Below, in pieces: positions 55,664 through 64,000 of a DNA stretch of 64,000 bases (position 1 is the first letter of the stretch; the number at the start of each line of letters is the position of its first letter). Made by a program: the position numbers and the translations under genes. This DNA is from Octopus bimaculoides (taxonomy: Eukaryota): contig NC_068994.1 of assembly GCF_001194135.2 (NCBI RefSeq), positions 35,609,840-35,673,839 on the forward strand, given 5' to 3'. The notes below the pieces were generated by a model, which had not been told where the DNA came from, ran no database searches, and worked only from the letters and a program-made list of their open reading frames with translations.

Positions 55664-57401
55664 TAGATAGTGAGAGAAAGAGAGAGAGAGAGAGAAAGAG
55701 AGAAATGAAATCAAGTTAGTTCCACAGATGCTAAAATACCAGCAATATGAATGAGGGAAAATTCCTCAAGGGAGCATTATTTGAGTATAAAAATAAAAAT
55801 GCCGTTGTGAGTTGTGATACTTCAGTTAACTGCCATCATTAATGTACTCTGCTTAGTATATATATGACATATAAAGGGATCCAAATGCCAGGTATCGGTG
55901 TGTAAACAGGTTTTCACATTTAATGTATCACTATAGGCTAAGAAGAGTCCTTCTTTTGATATCTTCCAGTCAATATATCTGACAGCTAGAAAGTCAAGTC
56001 TACACCAAAAATCTCCAGCATAGTTTAGGATCCAACAGATTTCAATTTTTATATCTTGAAACCTAGTACAGTATGACCAGTTATACTGTACTTACTTATG
56101 AATGAGAATGGCCTGGTAGAATGTACCAGGCTTTTGCAAAGTGTCTTAGATGCTTAAGTAGTTATGAGGAGACATAGACATCTTCTTCATCCCCAGTGGA
56201 ACATTGAGAATGTGACAGCTGGAGGGAGAAATTGCTACATCATTTCCATACTAGTACACATTACAGTTGTGTATACTAGGGTTTCATGAAATGAATTTCG
56301 TTGCTTAAGGTCTCTGCATGCTGCCCTGTCCAAGAGTTGAACTCAAGAAGACCTGTACTCCACAGCAGAAGTCTTAATGCACTGTCCAGGAATTGAACTT
56401 AAGAAGGTATTTTCTGCACAGCAAAAGTGTTAATGCTACTGTCCCTGATGAAGCAGACCGGCCTGCAAGAGCCTTGTGTTGGTTCCACATAAAAGTGCTC
56501 ATGCCAGTGCTACATTAAAAGCACCCAACACATACTCTAAAGTGGTTCACATTAGGAAGGGCATCCAACCATTGGAACTAAGTCAAATCAGACTGGAACC
56601 TGGTGCAGCTCACCTGCTTGCCAGCTCTGGTCAAGCCGTCCAATCTATACCAGCATGGAAAACGGACGTTAAAGTAGGAGGAGGAAGATAATGACAATGA
56701 TGATGATGATGATAACAGTGAAAATGACAATAATGACAACAACGATGATGATGATATCACGAGCAGCTTTACGATACAAATTTGAATAGACATAGAAATT
56801 TTTAATCAAACCCTTTGTCTTTGAACAGCTCAACTGGACTTGATGGGAGCTAAACTAACCACAACAAAATGAACAACTAGAAACATCTGACAGAATCCTT
56901 AGATCAAGATGAATATGGCAAATTTCTTTTCCTGAAGAATGTACTGTAATGTTTGTGGGAAAGAAGAAGCCTTCTAATTGATGAGGTATCATAATCATGT
57001 GGCCATCACATCTCAACAATTCTAAGAATATGGTTAATCAAATTCCTTTGGTAATTCATAAGGCTTCACAGAACTGGTTGTTTATCTCACAGCAAGAGAT
57101 AAATCTGATTTTATTTAACAGACAGGTAAGACATTATTTCCAAAAGTGTGTTGGACTGAGGTGAGTATTAGCTATTATGTATTTTATCTAATTTCCTAGA
57201 TAGCCAGCATATACACTTATAAACACATGCATAAATACATATGTGCATGCACAAACATAATGTTTAACAAGTTCACTTTGAAAACATGTAGTTCAGTGAC
57301 TCCAGGTTGCTGTTTTCCTGTTTTAGCATTTCACCTTGGGTGTCTTCGACCATAGTATCAAGTTGATCAATATGAAAATGTATGGAAACAATGCATATGT
57401 A

Positions 57402-57434
<33 letters not shown>

Positions 57435-57574
57435 NNNNNNNNNNNNNNNNNNNNNNNNNNNNNNNNNNNNNNNNNNNNNNNNNNNNNNNNNNNNNNNNNN
57501 NNNNNNNNNNNNNNNNNNNNNNNNNNNNNNNNNNNNNNNNNNNNNNNNNNNNNNNNNNNNNNNNNNNNNNNNNN

Positions 57575-57605
<31 letters not shown>

Positions 57606-57649
57606 CGTGTGTGTGTGTGTGTATTTTTTATCTTTTACTTGTGTGTGTG

Positions 57650-58085
57650 TATCTTTTATTTTTTACTTGTTTCAGTCATTGGACAGTGGCCATGTTGGGG
57701 CACCACCTTGGGAGGTTTTAGTAAAACAGTTTGACTCCAGAACTTATTTTTCATGCCTGGTATTTATTCGTGCAGTTTCTTTTGCCAAATTGCTAACTTA
57801 AGGGGACATAAACAAACTAACAGCTATTGTTAATGGGTGGGACAAACACAAGTACAAAGACAAAAACAACTAGATACATATACATATATACATATGCACA
57901 CTTTCACACACACATTCACAACAGGTTTCTACACAATTTTCATCAACCAAATTCGCTAACAAAGTATTGGTTAGCCCAGAGCTAAAGTAGAAGATATTTT
58001 CTCAAGTTGCTATGCAGCCAGATTGAACCCCAAGCCAAGTAATTACAGAGTGAGTATCTCAACCATACAACCATTCCTGCACCTA
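57650..58085 (-). mobile_element. tRNA-derived SINE, family A (diverged)
   Basis: TTTTACTTGTTTCAGTCATTGGACAGTGGCCATG tail; degenerate head near 58000-58085. Confidence 0.75.
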
Positions 58086-59934
58086 TTTGTGTGTGTGTAG
58101 GCATACCACATGTATGTGTGTATCTGATCCATTGAGTTTTTTTGCTATTTATTCACTCCCACCTGATCATCATCATGCTTCTGGTCACTGCACACTTTCA
58201 ATGTAATGCCTATGTTTCATTTTGCAACTATCCACATCCTTCCCAAATCCCTTCTGTCAAGAATGAGAATGGCAACCTCTTTGAAATATTCTTAATATGA
58301 AACTAATGAGGCAGTTTCTATCTGAGCATCTAACCTGGTAGAAATTTCACTTAAATCTACCTCAAATCACACCCTACAATTTCAGGTATAAATAGAACAC
58401 ATTGAATTATTAACTCCTAGTCACATCACAAAAAAACATGGTTGCCACAGCTAGAGTATGTCTAATCATAGCCTTTTTCTCATAGATTCTGCTAATATTT
58501 GAAAATAAAACAGCTTGCTGAAGCACAAAATGAATCTTCTTGAAATTGATGTTGCTGACCTCAAGGAGACATGACAAGGAATTTGGGGGCCAAGGTTCTT
58601 TTTCAGAGACAGGAGGACTACAAGGATCAACTAATCTCTTTCAGTGATGAAAATGAACTCCAAAGCTAATGACCCTGTGGCTTGATCATCAACTCTATCT
58701 GCTAGAAATAGCGAGCAAATCTCTTTCAAATTATGCCCTACTGTCTTAATCCTTTTGCGTTCAGATTACTCTGTCAAATGTAAAGCTTATTTATTTATTC
58801 ATATTGTTTTGAATTTATCATATATTATGTTGTAGGTTCAAGATTTCAATGATGTGATTGTTTATTTTTAGAATGTCATTGTAGAGTAGGTGTGAAAGCC
58901 TGGATCTGACTGGCTTAAACATAAAACAGGTAGAATATTTAGGCCAGATATGGCCAGTTTAACTGCTAAAGTGTCAAAAAAAATGGGGATAGTACTTTTT
59001 TCTTTAAAGCACGTTGGGATTAAGTATAGGATAGTTTTGGCTGTGATAGGATGGTCATAGCTGGAGGCTATTTTGATAATCTTTGAAGGCTTTGGCCAGA
59101 AATGTTTTTGATTCACAAGCTTTTTCAATCAGAGCTGACATGAAGCTAAATAACTGCTGCAGCAGAAGTAACAACAACAACAACAGTGGTAGTAGTGGCC
59201 ACAGCAGTAGTGGCAGAAGTAGCAACAATAACAACAAAACAACATCAACAGTGGCAGCAACTACAAAAACAAGAACAGTAACAAAATCAACAATAACACC
59301 AACAACAGTAGCAGCAGTGGCAGCAACAGCAACAGTAAATCATCAACAGCAACAAGAACAACAACAACAAAATATGTCAGTCTATAAGTTTAACCATGCA
59401 TGTTATGTTTGAAATGCAAACTAGTAAACTAGAAGTAAACTGTAACTTGTAAGGCATCCATTAATATAGAAGTTGCTTATTAGCTAATTAGCTAATCTAA
59501 TCAACTTTTATGATGAAAGGTTTAACATTTTCTACCTCATTTACATGAATGTATACACACACACGCACACACATACACATATGCATGCACATGCACACAC
59601 ATACATACATGCACAAGTTCATACATATGCATACACATGAGCTGTAACAAACAGAAGAAAGATAACTCAATACTGGTGGTAAAGTATAAATTATTTATTT
59701 ATGTATAGTTAACAATAAAATATGTTAATACTCTGGATTTCACATTAGCACAGAGAAACCATGCTATGATCTTCAGTCTATGAATTTTGATTCCTGTTTG
59801 ACATACTAAAAGGACTTACATTTTGACAGGTGTTAAATACTTACCATGAATAAATACTCAGAGTAGACAATAAACATTACTAAAGTAAGCAGACAACAAA
59901 GGGCTTTAAAACTTTAATATGTAAACATGTAGGT

Positions 59935-60105
59935 TCAGATATAATCATGTGGTTAAGAAACTCATTTTTCAATCACATGGTTTTGGGTTCAATCCAACTG
60001 TATGCCACCATGGGCAAGTGTTTTCTACTACAGCCTCAAGCTGATCCAAGCCCTGTGAGTGGATTTAGAAGACAGGAAGTGAAAGCCTATTGCATACACG
60101 TGTGT

Positions 60106-60137
<32 letters not shown>

Positions 60138-60265
60138 ATGCATGTATGTATGTGTGCATGTATGTATGTATGTGTGCATGTCTGAGTTTTATGTTGGTTT
60201 ATATACGTCCCCATAACTTAGCCATTTGATAAAAAAAAAGACCATTGGAATAAATAACAGTTTTT
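59935..60265 (+). mobile_element. tRNA-derived SINE, family A (partial)
   Basis: GTGGTTAAGAAACTC...GGGTTCAATCC...GGGCAAGTGTTTTCTACTACAGCC. Confidence 0.72.
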
Positions 60266-60907
60266 AAAAAATGGTATTATGTGAGACTATTTGCTTGAAA
60301 ATACATTGTATTTCAGTACTCCTTGTGTATATATATGCTGGTGACACCAGCATATGTAAAAGTGCTTGTGTAGTGCCACGTTAGAAGTACCCAGCATACA
60401 TTGTAAAGTGGTTGGCATGAGGAAGGGAATCCAGCTGAAGAAACCAAGCCAAATCAGACTAAAACCTGGTGTAGCTCTCCTGCTTGCCAGCTCTGGTCAA
60501 ATTTTCCAGCACATGTTACCATAGAAAACAGACATTAAAGGATGATGATGATGATATATAAAGTTATAAATGATGTGAGAAATAGTATGATGCAATTTAT
60601 TCAACCATTGGATGTAGCTTGCTTTCTACATTGTTTGAAAAGATTATTTGTATTAATTCAGACATGTAAGTAATTTATTTATTATTAAATATAATAAAAT
60701 AAATTATATTTCCATGCTTTATGTTATGAAACAATTCATTGTGATATAGAAATTTTCCAATGGTTAAATAAATTTCATCATACAATTTCCCTCATCATTT
60801 GTGGTTTTCTCTTGTATCATACTATACATTCAATATGATGTTTAGAATGATACATTAAGGAACTTTTTCATGAGTACTACTAAATTACTTGAATATATAT
60901 ATTGAGA

Positions 60908-60955
<48 letters not shown>

Positions 60956-61341
60956 TAAATTATAGGGTGGCAAAGAAAATTTTAGAAATTTTATTTACCA
61001 CCAGTGGTCTAGCGAGAGTAAAAACAGTCANNNNNNNNNNNNNNNNNNNNNNNNNNNNNNNNNNNNNNNNNNNNNNNNNNNNNNNNNNNNNNNNNNNNNN
61101 NNNNNNNNNNNNNNNNNNNNNNNNNNNNNNNNNNNNNNNNNNNNNNNNNNNNNNNNNNNNNNNNNNNNNNNNNNNNNNNNNNNNNNNNNNNNNNNNNNNN
61201 NNNNNNNNNNNNNNNNNNNNNNNNNNNNNNNNNNNNNNNNNNNNNNNNNNNNNNNNNNNNNNNATATATATATATATATATACATACATACATAGATGTA
61301 TTAGAGTGTTTCATCAGAAACTAATGTATGTCAAAAATCAG

Positions 61342-61467
61342 TTCTATCCCCATGGCATATAGTGTAGTGGTTAACCACTATGCCATATGCCCATGGGCAT
61401 ATGGCATAGTGGTTAAGAGCATGGGCTACTAACCGTAAGATTCCGAATTCAATCTAGGCAGTGACCC

Positions 61468-61515
<48 letters not shown>

Positions 61516-61649
61516 CATCGTAAAATACCTTAGGAATGAGAACCCAGGTTCGAAATTCCCCAAAACACCTGATGAAGGCTGGAGGGTATATCAGCCAAAA
61601 CGTGTTAACTACAAACAAGATGAAGACAAATATCCGCCAAATGTAAATA
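61342..61649 (+). mobile_element. tRNA-headed SINE-like element with a (TAA)n linker and a decayed hammerhead-like 3' module
   Basis: A box TGGCATAGTGG at 61402-61412, degenerate B box at about 61445-61455, (TAA)n, then AACAC-CTGATGA-A-GGCTG...CAGCC-AAAAC-GTGTT; flanked by ATGTCAAAAATCAG at 61328-61341 and 61650-61663. Confidence 0.75.
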
Positions 61650-62089
61650 ATGTCAAAAATCAGGTCACGTGCCTAGTATTCAGGTCCCTCACAGAATATA
61701 TTTTTCGAAGTTTTGGCCATCTTAGAGACCGAATTTTATCAAATTTATTTTTTTAAATTACTGAGAGATACAATTTATTTCAAGAACAAAGAGTGACAAA
61801 AGGAGAAACAATCAGACAGATGGAGATTTCTGATACCCTACTCTCTCTCTGCCCTCATTCTTCAATTTATAACTCAGAATAAATATGAAAACGATAGATT
61901 GGCAGTGGTGTTAGAATGTCAGACAAAAGGTCTGCATAATTTGTTCCAACCCTTTAAGTTCTGAATTCGAATCCCACCAAAGTCGACTTTTCTATTCATC
62001 TGTCTCAGGGGTCTATGCAATTAACCACCAATCAAATAATGATGCTGACTGAATGGTCTTATAACCAATTCTGAAAGTGAATTCTATTA

Positions 62090-62120
<31 letters not shown>

Positions 62121-64000
62121 TCTGGTGGTAGAGGAGGGGGAGGAGGAGGAGGGCAGAGAGGAAGATATAGATAGAGAGATCGATTGATTAACAGATATGT
62201 ATGTAGAGAGGTGTGTATGTCTCTCTCTCTAAGCACACGCACACACACATATAGATAGATAGATAGAGAAAAGAGAAGAGAAGGAGATAGGAAGGGAGAG
62301 AGTAAAAGGGCAAGGGCAATCTAATTCTCTCCTGCCACTACCCTCCACTCCCCTGCTAATCCTTAATAATAAATATGAAGTCTTGTATGTATTAAAGGTG
62401 CTGAGGTAAGTAGGGGAGAGGTGTGGAAGTAATTCCATCCTGAACTAATCAGAATCGTCATGGCCCTGGCTACAGTAATTTGATAATACCAAAGAACTAT
62501 GGAATGGTAAGATTACAAGATTAAAGTATAAAGCAAGCAAGCACAATCTTGCTTTCCTCTCACTGTGTCTGTACATGCATGTTTGTATTAGAATGTGTTT
62601 GTGTGAGAGTGTGTGTGTGTGAGGCTATCTGTGAATGTGTGAAAGTGAGTTTATCTGTGTGTGTGATAGTGTGTATGAAAGTAGGTGTGAGTGAGAATGT
62701 GTGTGTGAGGTTATCTATGTGTATGTGAGTGTGAGTTTATCTGAGTGTCCCAATGTGTGTGCATGTGTCTGTGAGTTCAGGCATTTCTGTGTGAAAATAT
62801 GTAATATATATGAGAATATACATGTGTGTGCATGTACATGCATCTAAAGTTTCTATGTATGAGTTAAAGTTAATTTGTACTGGTGTGTGTGTAGATAGAT
62901 GTATCTGTGTATGTATACCTGTGTGATTGTATGTTTCGTGTATGTATTTGCATGTCTTTGTGTATGTGTTTATATTTATGTGTGAGTGCTTACACTTCAA
63001 TGTGTGTGTGTATGAGGGTTTTATAAGTTTGTAGGTATCTATGTATGTGCATGTTTGTAACATGTGTGTGCCTTAGTGTATATGTATGCAATGCTTTTTC
63101 TTTTAGTGTTTATGCATATAAAGGTATGTATATATAAATACATGTATACATATGGATGTAAATGCTTGCACATCTATATTTTCTAATACATCTGTGTATT
63201 CTAGCTTGTGCGTATATTGCTGTTACTATACTCCTGTATGTACATAGATGAATGTAGCCCCAGGTCAGTTCTGATCAAACAGACCTATAATCAAAAACTT
63301 TCCAGCCGTGGCCATCCCATTTGTTTTCCTGTATGCAAGGAACCAAAGACTACCGCAGCTTTTTCTATTACTGTAAGATCTACTGTAGCTCTTTCTGTTG
63401 CTGTAAGATTTGATTTGTGAGCTTTTTGCTGCTATTTTTAATGAATCCCACTACAATATAGAGGTTCTCTTGGTGGCTTGTATGCATGTCTTAATCTGCA
63501 CATGTCAGCTCTGATTAAGCTGGCCAATGATTAAAGATGTTCTTGACATGACCATTCCATCGTTTTCGCAGATAGTTATCTAGGGTAAAGTCTCCCATCG
63601 GGGCACAAGTCTGGGCAGGGTCGTTTATGGAAGACCAGCAGTCACCCATATATACCAACTCCATGCCACCAATGTTATCCAAGGGAAGGCCGATACAGCT
63701 TGGCACCAGTGACATTGCACCTTCATTTCTACAGCTGAGTGAACTGGAGCAACATGAAGTAAAGTGTCTTACACAACACACTGCCTGGTCCACGAATTGA
63801 ACTCACTATCTCATGATTGTGGGCCCAACACTCTAACCACTGAGCCACCTACATTATTGAGTGAGTTGTTCCATTCAGTTGTAAATGACATTAGGTTGCG
63901 ACATGAAAGAGATTTGGTTGCTTTTTCTTGCAGATGAAATAATCACATTGCAGTCCCTTAGAGATTTATTCTTGTTGCTATTTAGCCCCAGGTCAGCCAT

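Noticed and set aside
58868-59412. ORFs 58868-59128 (-) and 59083-59412 (+) as a gene
   Set aside because: Driven by a degenerate (CAA/CAG)n tract; no domain, splice pattern or homology that I can support.

Overview
Eukaryotic, AT-rich, repeat-dense draft-assembly sequence with many N gaps. The (AT)n/(CA)n/(TAGA)n microsatellite load and the SINE families resemble a cephalopod (Octopus-like) genome; this is my inference from pattern recall, not a database result. I found no supportable host protein-coding gene, rRNA, tRNA gene or CRISPR array. Almost all ORFs in the track are microsatellite or N-gap read-through. The window reads as intronic or intergenic DNA packed with tRNA-derived SINEs, hAT MITEs and decayed remnants of mariner/Tc1, Chapaev-like, RTE and R4/Dong elements. 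Top signals: (1) a 144-bp inverted repeat at 40306-40745 in which each arm carries a minimal type I hammerhead-ribozyme core with a palindromic helix III, as in Penelope-like retroelements; (2) a tRNA-headed SINE-like element at 61342-61649 with a decayed hammerhead core, a 14-bp flanking duplication and a perfect 46-bp palindrome at its 5' end; (3) a mariner built from two inverted 5' ends. All alignments and folds were done by eye.
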